Source: Veleropilina oligotropha
Taxonomy: Eukaryota
DNA: 64,000 bases
Assembly (NCBI GenBank): GCA_048128005.1
Contig: JBEUKZ010000014.1
Coordinates: forward strand, 1 to 64,000
Direction: 5' to 3'
The number at the start of each line of letters is the position of its first letter. Position 1 is the first letter of the stretch. Positions 1 to 15,900 of this stretch are shown here, piece after piece. The notes beneath the pieces are model-generated. The model made no database searches and was not told where the DNA came from. It saw nothing but the letters and a program-made list of their open reading frames with translations. A program made the translations under genes and the position numbers.

Positions 1-944
1 GGGGTTCGGGGGGGGGGGGGTGCTCGTGTGACCACCCTCACGCGTCCCGGTGATAGTATATTTGTAGTAACGTTCGACCCCCCCCCCCCCCCCCCCCCCC
101 TTCAAATCCCTGGCTACGCCCATGGGAATATTATATGTGGAGTTGAAAATCAACTGCTACGGAACTGAAGATCATTGATTGGTACTTTTATTCTGAATAA
201 ACGTAAAGTTGCGTTTCGTATTCGCCCACGATTTCTTATTTTTCCATACGCCTAAGCTGGCCGCATTTTGTTAGTTTCTATTTGCATGTTATTGTGATTT
301 ATTTACTTACATATGGACATGTATTAAATAATATATGCATAATTAAAATAAAATATAACGATATATGTATATTCAACATAAATGTACAAATTGTTCTCGG
401 TACGAAACTAAACATTCAGTAGTCTGCTCAGTTTTGTAACGCGCCAAATTAAAAACGTAAACAGAGACCGATAATTTCATTGATTGAATTTTAACGTAAG
501 TTAAACTCCCCTCTTCATTATAGGTACTGAAAACAATTGTAACCATATGCTAAATGTAAGTAGATGCTTCTATAAATAATCATGTTTCAATAGTGTCTTT
601 GTAACACTATCACGATTCACGAACGCCAAGGGCAAGGGCCATAACTCTAAAATTTCTTCTTGCCATAAGGAATCGACTCAATAATGAGTGTTAATGATCG
701 CCAGGTATCATATTTATATAATTAAATATACCTTTAGTAATATCGTATACCTTTAGTAAGGGTCATTTGGTACTCGATTAGGGTATTGAGACCTATTACC
801 TACTACCTAGGTAGTTTTTTAATCTCTTCGTCTTTGTAGAGTTCATTTATTTTATATGTACTTTTCAGTGTTGTGCATCCTTTCTTTTCGCATTTTGTCC
901 TTGCAGATTTCCTAGATTCATCATTGCCTCTTGAAAATCTTGTC

Positions 945-3900
945 ATGGAAGGTAATATGAGATATAATTCAAGATTATGATTTTATATGATGTTCCATTA
1001 ATTTGATTAAATGATGGATGCAATGCTGAGTGAGTATGACACAGGTTTATGAAGCCAGTGGGTGTATCCAGGATTAATCACATCCGTCTAATCGGATAAG
1101 ACGTAAACTGGCTGACAGTCTTTATAAGTTATAATAATAATGGAAATAATGTTTAAAAAGTGGTCTTTAAACTTTCAAACCATCAACAACAACTATTAAT
1201 TATGTTAACGGATCGTATAAGATAATTAATAATTAGCATAAAAAAGATAATGAAAAAATGTATACATTTAATGTTGAGCACAACTTTGACTAGAAATTAC
1301 AAGATTGTTTTTGAAAGTTAAAAAGTGTTAGATTATTGTAGTGTTCAGATTGCAACTTTTTGTTTGTAATTTACAATTTATACTGATTAATAATCATTAT
1401 TAATTATCATTCATGTAATTTTGTTTACTATTTCATTTTCGTTTAACAATGAGTTTAAATTAAACCATCATGTAAATTTCAAGACATATATATCTTTATT
1501 TTGTTTCCAGAAGACGAATGTAATATCGAGGCACTGACAGCATTCCTGGAGGCAGACTCTGACTCGGAAGATGAAGTTATTCAAGATAATTCAGGAAAAG
1601 GATTGCAAATTCAAACAGGTTGTTTGTTTTACAATGTGTGACAAAGTATTGTAATTATTATAATATATGTGGCTCTGAAACCATTGTGAATATAACTATT
1701 AAACGAATGAGTAGTTTACATAAAGAGCTGAATTTTCGACTGCTTATTTTAAAATTGTATGATAATGATACTAACACAAGTATTCCATTCATATTTCAGA
1801 TGATGAACTTGCAGATGAACTCTTGTCTTTGGCAACAGACAACGTTGAAATTTTCAATGATGAATGCATGACCAAAAATAAAGCGTCTCCTCATGAAACT
1901 TCCATAAAATCTGTTGCTATATCCTCTGTGACTTCGCAGCCAGCACAGATGTCTGAATCTGTTCCTGCAAACATGACACCAAATGCCCCTATGATTTCAC
2001 CAACCCCTTCGGGAGAAAAGTCCCCACAAGAACTTCAAGGTATGTATATTTTGGTTTTATTTATTGCGATGCTAAATGTCCCGTTTTGAACAAATTTCAG
2101 GTTCATACCAGGACATGTCCATTTTGTGAAATTGTCACAAGAGGAGTTTTCATAGCCCATTAAGACCTGTCATGTAACTGTGACTGTTCACTGAACAATG
2201 TGCTCAGGTGAGGATTCGCTATAAACCCTCTGATCAGGCTGGTCCAGACTACAATACGTCTCAGCGTCCTGAAAAATTTGGTCGCAAAACTAGCCGATTC
2301 AAATAAAATATTATGTTGATGTCATCAAAGGAATTTATCTCTGTCTTGTTTCAGCTGAGCTGGCTCTGATGCAGAAACGAATGATGGAGATCCAGCAACA
2401 GCTGATCATGCAGAACAGCGCTCCACCATGTAACCTTGGCAACATGCAATGCCAGAACAGCGCTCCACCAGGTAGGCTTGGCAACATGCAACGCCAGAAC
2501 ACCACTTCTCCAGTTTGGTTTGGACTGATGATTTAATTTGTATACTGTTTTTAACAATATTCCGATTCATACCAAAACCTTGTTGCATAAGGAAACCCGC
2601 CCTCGACGGCCAGTTTTGACCATCTATTAATGGTAACTGAACAGAGAAAGCCATTAATGCTTCAACCAACGTTCGATAGCACTCCTGTTTATAGAGAGAG
2701 TCCGAGCAGTCAAACCAGTGAATTCAGAGTCTGCAATTGAAACCACACGGTTACCAGAGTGGCTTAATATATAATTATAATGCCCATTATTGACAACCTT
2801 CAGGTTCATAGCATATTATCATGAGAGGAAAGCCTGGAAAACAGTAAATGTTAACTAAACACGATACCCAGCCGATAATTCCAGCCTACTCTTGTTAGGC
2901 AGAGCAGTGTGGCAAGCAAATTGGACTCGCACTTTTGTCCACTCGACTACTTGTGCAACCAGTCCCCCATGTAAGTGGAAAATAATCTAAAGTTGACCAA
3001 GAAATAAGTTAGGGTTATTTAGCATGTGTTGCATAAAGCCAGTAGCATAGTTAATTAAGTTATATGGTTATTTTTAAAGATAGCTAATTATTAGTGATAA
3101 ATTAATGGTTATGTAAATCACTTTCTGTAATCAGTACGAATAATTACTCCTTATTTTTTATTCGCAGTAGCAGAAACCAGTAGCAAGCATGAAGAATTGG
3201 ACAAGAATCCCTTCTTTCCCGATCCAGTAATTCACTCCAAGGACAAAGCTCCGAAAAATAAAGCTAATAAAGTTGCTAGCAACAAGGCAGCACTGTCTGA
3301 AAGCAAAAACCTGGAAGAGCACTTGTTTGGTTCTGACAACGACAGTGATTGGGAAGACATGGATGGTAAGGGTAGTCTACTACTAGACAATCTAAGTCAT
3401 TAATGCACGTATGAAGCCGCTGTATCCAGTTATGCTGGTCAAGATAATGTAGGGGAGATAAATCTGTTATTTAATAGAATAGCAAATATGCACTTTTAAT
3501 TTACATGACGCAAAAGCGGGTCAGATAATAGCCGAATTGATAAGAATGGTTTTTAAAGCCTATTGTACAGGTATCCATCTCTAAGTGCGTCCTGAATTTT
3601 CCCCGTAAATGCCTTTTCCATTGCACAGTTCATTGCCTTATTGAAAGTTGATGGACCCGATTTATGACTGAGTTATGGTTGGTATGGTCGTTAAGATCAG
3701 TTCATCGATCCGTCCTCCAGCAGTAATATGGACATGTCCTGATAATTATGATCCTGAAGGATGTTAAAACGTGACATTAAGAATATATCCAAACCAAACT
3801 GTTAAAACATGAATATCAGTCTTAAATATTGAAATTGAATATTAATTATATTTTTGCAGGAGACAAAGTTGCACTCAGCGAACCGGGTCAAGACCTTCAG

Positions 3901-6900
3901 AATATTATGAAGCGAGATCAAAAACAGCGAGAAGCGCACACACCAAAATACTACCCGCCTGCTAAGCATCAAGGAAAGATCACTGATGCATTCTGTGGTA
4001 AAATTAATTCAAATAAATTGAATCATTTCCTTTACTGAATTTTTGTAAAAAGCTAATAAATCATATTATCTATTATGTACATGACTTGAACTGTTGTTTG
4101 CTTTGTTATCAGGGAATGGGGCATCTTCAACAAGCGGTTTGACCTCGTCCCAGTCTCCCGTAGCTGTCAAACGACCAGCACCTTCGTCCTCATTTAATTC
4201 ACGTTCAGATCCTGACGACGCCTGCTCGGTAACGGATGGTTTCTCGGGAATCAGAATCATGTGAGTATTCAGATCTCTGGTCAATATTCTGGGATACTAC
4301 ACTTTTGTTTCTATTTCGCTGTCACCGTGTCCGCAGATATTTCTTGCGTGCGCTCTACTGTCAAAAGGTTTATTCCGATTTGTGATACAGAGTAGTCAGG
4401 GTTTTCCTCCAAGGGGGAGTTTGACCCTCCTCATGAAAAACTCTTATCCACTCAACAACTTTTGCAATTGATCAGTAAAATGTTTTTTTCCCTCTTAGAA
4501 CCAAGTTCAGGTTAGAGAAAATCATTTTCCTTCACGCTGTGGAACTTCAGGTCCTCGCCACATACATTTGACCAAGCCCCCCTCCCCCACCACACTTTTT
4601 TTAGTTCTGGTGAAAACCCTGTTAGTTAACTTATCATGTGATTAGGTCATGATCCTGAAGGTTTTATGTCATTTTAGCATTCTTTTTACATTATATGGCA
4701 AATCTTTTGATTTCAGCAATCCCCTTGTGCCAATGTCTGTGCTACAACTGAAGATGGAAGGTCGACGAATGATTGCAGTGTCACGATTAGAGAGCAAAAA
4801 TAAATCAGCTGATCTACAGGGTGACTGGGTCACCATCGGGGTCCTGGTGCATAAGACAGAGCCGAGGAAGTCTGCAACGGTAACCTTATATCTTCTGAAT
4901 TCTTGCAGACATCTATCAACCAATAAGAAATATTCGATAAACATCGCCAATTCTAGAATCCATATGACATCTATCAACCAAAAATAACCTAAATCCAGAC
5001 TTTATATTAATATTAGCCTTTCGTTCTAAATTTTTCCAAGTCTATAATATTCCATGATTGTCTTCATTTGATTTCCATCTTGGATTTTTATACACTCGTC
5101 AGGGTTCTCCCTGGATTGAAATTATAAGGCCGGGAAATTATGTCGTGGTGGTGTCGCTTGTGCGTGTATGTATGTATGTATTTATGCACGTATGTATGTA
5201 TCCATGTATGCATGTATATGTATAGATATTAATTATATGTGGTCATTCATGACGGGGATGGGTCATAGGGTTGTGCACCCGCCACTTTATAAGTACCCAG
5301 GGAGAACCCTGCTCATGCTACGAAGGGGCGAAAGTGCCGAACCAGGTGTGCGAAGCACTGTCCGGATTATATCTCTAAAACCGTACAGGCTACCTCAATG
5401 AAACGTGATACACATTATCAAGGGAGAGTACTTGCACCATTTACCACTTTCAAGTTTCTGAAATTTTTATTGTAAAAAGTGTGTATAGCATTGACATAGA
5501 CTATAATTAGTGAAAGCTCTGAATGTGTCAGCTGTGCTTACTTCTTTCTTATTCAACCAAATTTTATGTTACATTATATATTTTCAGGGTAAAACGTTCT
5601 GCATCTGGAAGATCAGCGATCTCGATGACTGTGATGAACCTGTCGCTTTCTTTCTGTTCGGTGAAGTCTACAAGCATCACTGGAAGAACGACGTTGGAAC
5701 GGTTATAGGTCTGTTGAACCCCAACATCATGGATTCAGCTGATAAGGTATGTTATGCACAGGACAGGCCCAGTGACAAATAATACGATACAATGATGATT
5801 ATTGAGTTGCCATTATTGAACTCAAGCAGTATATACCAATCAGCCACTGTTTTTTCACAGGTTATTTTGGTGATTTATAGAATTACTTTTCTTTCTTTTA
5901 CCAATGTTTAATTGAACTGTAAAATGCATAATCATAGTACTGGTGTGCTGTTGGCAACATTGACATTATCGCCCGGATCACCGATATTAGGAACATGGAG
6001 CCAATCTCCATCATCCTGATTAACTAGAGTGGATTCTTGTCTTCGGCGGGTCACATTCAATTAACAGTCACAGTTGTCCATAACTGGCTAATGCAGGATG
6101 TTTTTCTCGGGTGACCCTGAAGGGTGTACAAATGGGACAATTAGCATTGATCCAAACCAATGTTATTTTTTTCAGCAACAGTCAGACTTGGCTATTACCA
6201 TTAAGCATCCGAATCAGGTGTTGATTCTTGGACGCTCTCGCGATCTCGGAAGATGTCAATCCCGAACCAAGGCAGGAAACCCATGCTCAAAATTTGTTAA
6301 CAAGTAAGTTTCACTGTCCTGTTCCAAAGTAAGTTTAACCCTTAACCGCCAGCCAAATTTTACGTAATGTGAGGTATATAGCTTGTCATGGATAATGTAC
6401 TATACCATATAAAATATTGCTTGCAAGCACATATACTTATATATTTTCTGAAAGATAATTGAATAGGCTATATAATAGTGCTTTGAAATTTGTTTGTGGA
6501 GTAAAAAATTTGCATAATTGATCACTTTTACCTTTTATTCTCAGGTATTTTGGGAATATTCACTATACATGTCAATTCAGAAAATATTTGATCAACAAAT
6601 GCTTTACATAATTATGTATGTTATATTTTTTAGATGCATGTTGATGTATTCTTTGTGTTTGTAATATAAATTGGTGTATAATAATAAAGAATATCTTATG
6701 TCAATATGATGTCTTCATGTCTGATTTTGAAAAAAATATCCCGCAGGTGTATGAAGAAACTCAACACAGCAATGTGAAATAGGCCTTCTTGCTACAAACG
6801 TACATTATATCAAATATAAAATTTATACCATTAACAGCTATATTTAACCATTAGGCCTATATGATTTATTATTGTTAATAATTAAATAAAACCAAGTACA

Positions 6901-9900
6901 AGAATAGTCCACCGATAGATCATACCATTCATAATCTCCATTTCAATTCTCGATATCATCCTCAAAAGTGTCCGATTCAGAAATGTCAAAGTCGCAAATA
7001 TTGCTTATCACTTCAGAGTTCAAAATCCGCCTTCTAGGCCACAAGTTAATCATATTCCATTACAAATAATTCAAACTAAATGTAAAAACACATGTCGTTT
7101 ATCAAAAGCAAAAAATCCGATGAAAAATGGCCACTTTCAAGCCTTAAAACTTTATTTCAAACATCGATTAACTATACCTAACCTGCCGCCATTGTGGATT
7201 TAAAAGCACCAGGATGTAGCCCGATCATTCACGAACGAAATGACCCGAAAATATCCGAAGATTTCCGAATATTTACGAAGTTTTAAGCATTGAGATATAG
7301 GTGTTGTAGAAAGTCGGGTATCGTCGGTTAAGGGTTAAAAATCTTTTCACTAAGTTAATATTAGTCTTTAGTTTTGTTCCCGAAACTTTTCAAAATGTCT
7401 GCTTTTGTCTGCTACATATATTATTGTTCTTGTTCAGAAGGGTAGAGTTGTTTTATACAGTGGTACGGTTGTGGATTCCGAAAATCACTGACTTGATTCC
7501 GCTGATGCGAGCAGTAGTAGGTTCGACCCCCGGCTGAGGCATCACACATTTGTTCAAGTTATGAATCACAGTTGTCCGTGACTGGTCGAAGAGGGCGGGT
7601 TTACCCAGCTGACCGGGCTTTCCGCGATAATGCGGACATGTCCTGGTTTGAACCAAATGATGGTTGGAAATATACAGGACATTAAGCATAGATCCTTTCC
7701 TTGTTTGATCAAATCTACGAAATGACCAGGCCACACCAGTAGGTTAGTGAACAACCTCTTTGGACCTCAATTAACTCGCCCTATTGCTCTGTATAACAAA
7801 AACGAGTTTGAATCCTCAAATGTTGAACTTTAATTGTATCAATTTGATATGTAGGTGCATTTTGATTTAAATATGATATTTTTACCATCGTTTTATTAAT
7901 GTGTTGCATACTTTTCACCTGCAACCTTGCCTGTTATTTGCTTCTAATTGTATCTTTCAGGCGGCAAGGGGAGCACTGCACCTACCATATCCAGGCAGCG
8001 TACAAGAAGACATGCTCCAAACGAACTGATCTGCAATCCGGGTAAGTCTGTGTACACACGCATGCTGTCAGACTGCTTTTGCCATGTCATATTTAAAAAG
8101 ATAAGGATCGATGCATAATGTCCTGTATATTTCCAACCAGGGCTTTCACTAAGAAATTTTTCTCTGGAGGACTCAATGGTTCATAATCTTGGATTCCCAA
8201 TGACAGAGTCCCAGTATCGGCCGATAAACTGATAGTCTCAGGTTTCGTGTTATGTGTAAAAATGCGTATGCTGGCAGGCTTCAATTTATTTATTTAAAAT
8301 TATTTTAAATATTGATACTATGCAATAATATAATATCATCAAAAGTAGCAATTGTATTATTGAAATACATACAGATGGGATTTATTTATATAAAGATATG
8401 TATTAATTGCTATCATAGTTATTAATTGGTATCATTGCTATTATAGTACTGTTTGGATCCGATATAAAGATAAATAAATGCAGCAAAGCCAATATATATT
8501 AAAACTCAAATGCACACTAATTTTATTGCAGAAATCGTTTTATTTTACCTAAAATAAATATTATTATATATATAAATATAAATAATTCATTCTTATTTTC
8601 TTAATGAATGTTAAAGTTTCAAAATTTCTTATTTTAAACATCGCGAAAGCCCCATAGCAACCAGTGTTTACCTTTGCTGCCGCGTCATTTGTAGACAGTG
8701 TTGTTGCTAGGCTATTGGAGGTCAACGCTAAATGCTATGCTTTTTGACCGAGCAGCGACAGCTTTACGGAGTTCAATTTTAAATTTTACAGCGACAAAAA
8801 ACAAAATAACAATAGTTTAAAATATGCCATAAACTGTTCCAATCTTTTAGTAGGCAAGTTTATATGTGGACGAACGATGCGTTTCACGAGGTGTTACGTT
8901 GCTTACAAATTCTGTGTTGTCGAAACGAAAATATATCCGACGCAGTCATCAACATCCAGAATATGTTAAATAATTTCTGATTCCAATTAATTTACAAGTA
9001 ATACGTTCGAAACAATATAGAGACTGATAAATAATTCTGCATAATATGAGTTACAGTGTCATTAAATGAATTCAGTTACTCGGTAGGCCTACGTACCGAC
9101 GCCTACCAACTAAATTTTTCGAAGGACAGGCGATTCGAGCGATAGGCCTATACTGTGTATAACGCGCTTGCAAATGCATACAATGTCAAGCAATTGTTTA
9201 AGATACCTCTTTCAATATCGTCTCATAAATTTGAAAGAAGTATTTTTGGCAAATTTATGTATACACTTTTAAATGTTTACCAGAATTTAATTACTTGCAG
9301 ACTTGGATAGCTTATGTACTTATATATGAAAATAGGCATACATCTATCAATGATCCTTATAAATTTAAGTGATGGTGAATTGATGTTTAGCGATCACGCA
9401 AACGTATTTCAGTTATAAATTGGGTCAATCAAATTTAAATGATGAAATGAAATGGTGCTGTGTGCAATGCACGCAGCGATCATTGGGAAATCCCCGGTAC
9501 TCCCGGGGCTAGAACTTGTGACCTCCAGACCATATCCACTCAGCCATGCTGCCCCTGTAAATTTAAGTGACTACCACAATATATAATATATTTGTATATA
9601 TTAGGCCTACATTATTTTATAGTTGTTAAAATATTTTAATTTTATTGATCAACCCTATTATTTTTTTGTTTATCATCCTCCACATCAACAATGTTGAATG
9701 CATGTAAATGATTACTCTTTGCATTTTGCCAATTTTTCTGCAAAGTATTTAGTTTGGAATGTGGTCATCTTCAGGAAATAAATCTGATGATTTGTCATTG
9801 TTTATCCTGATTTACCTGTCAGAGCACATTTCTCCAGGAAATGTGTAAATTCGATGATTAAGTAAACATGATAAATAATAATAATAATAATAATAATGCT

Positions 9901-12900
9901 TTATTTTTAGAAGGTTGCACAATTAGTACATAAACGACTATTCTTCCCTGTGGCCTTCTCTATAACTACAGTAATACTAATAATACTTATCATATATCCG
10001 GGTCTTTTTACATAGCAACAAAGTGTTTAATATCAACGATAATGAACACGTAAGATATGACATTCTGTGTAATTTTGATTGGATAATTTAATCAATGAGT
10101 TCGAACAACCAATGGCAGAGCAGGTCACAAAAGGTCATTCGTGATATGTACCTTCCTTTTACTACGAAACACACATATGGCCACTTCCAATCATCTTAAT
10201 GTCGATCAAGGGAAATACATGCAACTTCAACTGATGACCAATATTTAGCTGAAACATTAGGTGCATAGCTTCAGGTAAGCCATAGCATCTATAGCTCTAG
10301 ATAGTTTGACTATCGGTAGTTATAGCTTACAGGGTTCAATGTCAGTGCAGACTAGTTTTCACTTGAGCGAAATTGGTGTTCATTTCATTCGCGAGAATGG
10401 CCGCCATTTTCTGACGCTTCGAATCAATTTCAGATTTAAATTAACATATTAGCATTGCATATTTAAAAAATTATTGTGAAAACGTGTTTATAATTGTTAA
10501 CATATACAAAGCCGACAAATTAGTAATGATTGTGTTGCTTTATATGAAAGTTGGCAAAGTTGATTCGATAGCAGACGACAACTTGTTCAACTTCCCGACG
10601 AAATAATGAAATAGACACCGAAGCCTAGCGCATTTAATGTTATTTTAATAGACCTTGTTGGATAAGTATGATATTGATTAAGCGACATTAGTTATTTTTA
10701 TAACAGCATTTTTTGCTCTTTATAGTTTATAGATTAGGTAAAACTGGGGTTATTTTTCACATCCATTGCAGCATTTTCATGACGTCAATGTTAAATTTAC
10801 AATTCACATTCTGCAATATTCCTACGCCGCATAATTATGTTAGAACGTGTCAACAAACTTAAAATCAACGTTGCATGCAGGTTTACAGCTTGTTTCTTTA
10901 TAAATTTAGGATATATGATAAAAAGAATCTCACATTCGTGGTCATTTAATATCACATTTATGAAACTCGTTAACTAATATTCATATTTTCCTCGGTAAAC
11001 CTCGGAAAATATGAAAATTAGTTAACTCGTTTCATAAATGTGATATTAAATGACCACTCATGTGAGATCCTCTATATATTAATGAAACACGATGAGTATA
11101 ATAATATAGCTCAATGTGACAATAATACTGGTATTTACAATACATATATCATAGTTATTACATATAAGATTATTTGGCGGTAACATCATGCAGCATGTAG
11201 TTATAGCATTGAGTTTTAAAAATATCAAGGCTCTTTGAGGCCCGAATGCCTTTCGGTAGTCTATTCCATATTGTTGCTCCTGACATTTTAAGACTTTTTC
11301 GGTAAAGTTGTTTAGAGAATATAGGTAATGCGAGTGTTTGATTTTCAATACACCTTAATGAATAATCCGCTTGAACAATTTTAAACATGTCCTGGAGGTA
11401 AGGTGGCGCAATACCATTTATAGATTTGTAAACCAGTACTGCCTTATGATATTCAATACGTTCTTTAATTTTTATCCATTTAAGTAATTTGAATAATGGT
11501 TCTGACGGTGCATCAAACGGCTTGTCAAGGATAATTCTTGCAGCTCTTTTTTGAAGTTTTAATAACCTATCTAAATCTTGGCTTGAGCAATTTCCCCATA
11601 TGGTAAGAAAATAGTCAAATACCGGTTGAATATATGCATTAAAGTATAGTATTCTGGTGTTATGTGGAAGATACTTCTTTATTCTTGATAATAGTGATAA
11701 TTTTGAAGTCAAATATTTGCAGACGTTATTTACTTGGACATCCCATTTTAGGAAACTATCGATTGAAATTCCCAAGAGCTTGTGATTTAAAACCTGTTCG
11801 ATATCTGTGTTGTTTATTTGTAGACTGAGTTTATCACACTCCATGTGCGCTAATTTCTGTGATGTAGTTACAAGCATGCATTTCGTTTTGTTTATATTCA
11901 TGATCATGTTATTTTCAGCACACCAGTATTCAATACGCAATAAGTCTTCAGTCAATGAAGATTCAATTTGTTCTAACGTAGTGCCAGACGAATAAAGTGT
12001 ACTGTCATCCGCAAATAGATCAATATCTGACTTTTCCACATTAATATAAGTGGCAAGTCATTTATAAAAATCAAAAATAACAGGGGACCTAAAACCGATC
12101 CTTGTGGCACACCTGCTTTAACTATAGATGGGGTAGACTTTGTGTTTCCCAAGCAAACGGACTGTTTTCTGTTATTTAGGTAACTAGTCAGCCAATCAAT
12201 GATGTTATCGTCAAAATTGTAAGATTTTAATTTTGTAATAAGAATATTATGGTCAACTAAGTCGAAAGCTTTTTTAAAGTCAAGGTAAACCACGCCATTT
12301 ATGTTTCCGTTATCCATTTCTTTTAACCAAGAATCCGTTATTTTTGTAAGTGCCGTCTGGCATGAGTACATCTATCTTTCTGATATAACATGATAAAACA
12401 TCTATCTTTCTGATATAATATATATAAATTTTAATTAAATGTGAAAATTCAAATTTAACAGTTACACATAACCATGATTGCAGTAGAATTATACAAAGAT
12501 AATAAATTTGCATATATAACATAAACACAACAGAGTAAAATTTAATTAAAATTAAAAATAATGTTCATATCATAACAGCATAGTTCAAACACAGTATGCC
12601 ACTTAAAATTTCAAACACAAATTTCAAGACATTGCAAATAGGATATCAGAATTATGAATAACAATGCCATAATATTTGGGAACATGTAGTAAGACAAAGC
12701 AGCCTACGTATATACTGTTCTTCATCACCTGGCGATGCAAATGCCACTTGAATACAGGATACTCATAGGATGGCAATTCTACAAGGTTTAACAAGTGTCA
12801 CCTCACAAATAGCGTATATATACAGGGTGTTTCAAAAGTATATGTCACATTATAAGTACTCATATCTCTGGAACTACAAATGGTAGCAGAATGAAACTGG

Positions 12901-15900
12901 TACCATTTTAAAGCTGAAGGCATGAAGACTCGAATAACTGAAGCCTTGGCTACTGTCGACCACGATATGCTTGTGCGCGTTTGGCAAGAAATGGACTATC
13001 GTTTGGATGTGTGCCATGTAACCGACGGTGCACACATTGAACATCTCTAAAATTGTTAATAAAACCTTTATTTCTTGGACTTTTGTTTTCAAATTTTTTG
13101 TACTCGAAACTTAAGAATAATAGCTTTCATAAGATATATGTAGTGTTTTTATATCGTCAGTAATTATAGATATATATGAAGAGTCCATATGTGACATATA
13201 CTTTTGAAACACCTTGTATAAGAAATATTCGGTGTTTCAGAATGAAGTGGCTTCATGAATAGCAGAATCATTTTCTATGCATAACTATTGCCAAGAAGCT
13301 CACTGACTGCACTAGTTTCAAGGTGTTCATAATGTGCTCAGAATACTACAATAGTAAGGAATGATAAGGTCCCGATATTTAATGTCTGACAGCTTGTGCT
13401 CTCGTGGTTATTATCAGTTTATACACATCTGGATGAATCTCAAACCTTTACATAATATTAAACACCTGAAATAAATATAAATTGGTACATTTATCATTGT
13501 ATGAATTTCCTAAATCAGGTCAGTAAATTGCAATAATAACAAACTTAAAATAAGATATTGTTAATTAATCTACATTAGTTTAATTTGATTTGATTTCCTA
13601 AAAGAAATTATGTCACAAATAATTAATATCACATACAAATACTGAACCATGAGCAATACATGCAATAATTTGCTCCATTAAATTTAATACATATTAGTGT
13701 AAAATGTTAATCACTGGTGCCGCTAATGTACATTTACGTGTTAAAATGTGAATTAATTGCACCACCTGCTTACAGGTGCATGTTTCCTTATAGATTATAT
13801 GTTTTTTGTTTAAATTATACAGGTCTATCTTTAAGTTTAATTCAATAAAATGTATTTACTATCTTCAAAATGTTTACTGATTCTTCATTGACAGTTGATA
13901 TGGGTTTTTGTAGACAATAAAATTAAAATACACATCACTCGATTCATTGTGACAAATATGAGTCAGAATCAGATGATCATAACTGGTCCAAGACATTACC
14001 CTAAAAAGAAAAGAAAATTAAAAAAGTAAATGTAAATTAAAATTATTAAATAAAATAAAATAAATAACTCAACGCATTTCCAAATTTTGTAGTAATCTCT
14101 TTTAATTATAAATAATAAATTAATAATATTAAAATAATAATAGTAATAGGCCTATTATTTAAACCATATTTATATATTAATTTAAATGTTGAATTAATAA
14201 ATATCACCGTTAATATCAGTTTCATGATAATATCTTATTTGGTCTATAGAGAGGTTTCAGAGTTATACCATAATACAGTAGTTGCTATCGACTGGTCGTC
14301 ATTTAGTAAACTGTAAACAAGGTCAATATATTATGTGATCGTGAATAACACATGAATCGTGAAGCAAAAAGATCATTATTCATTCCTTAATTCAATTTTT
14401 ACACATACAAACATAAAATGAAGAGTAATATTTAAGTTAAACCCCAAAATAAAGTCACATAATATTGTAGCAAGGATAATACGACAATAATAAGTACTAA
14501 TACTTATGTGTCACGCTCATCGCTATCATATTTCCGAGGTAGTCGCTACTCATACAAATATTGGACATCATATTAAAAGTCTATGGACATTTTCACGTCA
14601 CTGTATATATCTATAGTACAACAATTATCACAGATATAACAGGAGATCCATTGAAATGGAGCTGTCATTGTCGTTTCCATTGTAAACAATGGCCATTTTG
14701 CTACCGCTGTCTCGCCAGGGATCTACAAATGACGTCACAGATCCAATAACAGAAAAGTAGCGATATTTAGAAATTTTCTTATTTTAAAAAAAACAACAAG
14801 ATTCGCACTGGTCTCAAACAACATATGAAATCATTCTAACAATGATTACGGAAACAAAAATGCATTTATTGTCTAAAATTATGTAAAGTGTGCAGTTGAG
14901 CTTTAAATGTTTTTCCGTCCGTACTGTACAGTAATGCTGCATATTTTGTAGTATTTAGTATGTTAAATAATTTAAAATACTATTGGTTTGTCAATTTCTC
15001 TACAGAGAGAAGTATCATTTATTTCTTTGTCCATAATGAGCTTCCATAGTACTAAATATAATGTAGGGCAATGCCGCATGTGTCTAAAAATAGTAACTGT
15101 CTTCAAATAGCCACTGATTGATCATTTTACCCAAATTAATTGCGGGAATAGCCAAATACAGGAAAACAATAACATGAATCTTACTTGAAATAGCAAAAGT
15201 TACTGAGTGTGTTATTAAATCTTATTTGTTTGAAAGTTTTATTGGAATCCATAATCAGTTATAAAACTGTTTTACAATGGAGCCATACATACAATGACAC
15301 ACATACAGAATAAATATAATAAAACAAAATATACAATAATAAATACATGCAATTGTAAAAAGAGTGATATACAAGATAAGATACAAAAAAACATAGGATA
15401 AGAATAAAATGTTAAAACTATGTTAGATATAAAAAGCTGCATACACAGTCGATACATATAGTCAAATAGAAATGCAAATGAAATAAAATTTAAAAATTTT
15501 GGGTTGCGGTGTTAAAAATGAGAATAGCACATTTGGTTTTGAAAGATTGTTTGTTAGATATTCGTTGAATATCATATGGAAGATCATTCCACGCTCTTGC
15601 ACCAGTATATTTGAGAGAATTTTTATGAGTCCGATTTAAAAACACATTTAGTTTTGATGATGATCGTGTGCTATATACACAATTCGAAGAAATAACAGAG
15701 AACATATCTCTCAGATGGCTAGGTGCATGACCATGAATGATGTTCCACATGAGTGTGCATTTCTTAAAAACCAATCGTTGATTGATGCTCATAAGATGGA
15801 GCTCGTTGAGCATGTCAGTGTCATGACTGCGAGGATGGCTATACAGCAGTATACGCATACCACGATTCTGTATCCTTTGTAATCGTGTGATACCGGTTTT

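Noticed and set aside
5100..5311. CAGGGTTCTCCCTGG inverted repeat suggesting an hAT MITE (similar case at 4397-4621)
   Set aside because: The TIR is present but I found no matching 8-bp TSD, so it is not listed as a feature.
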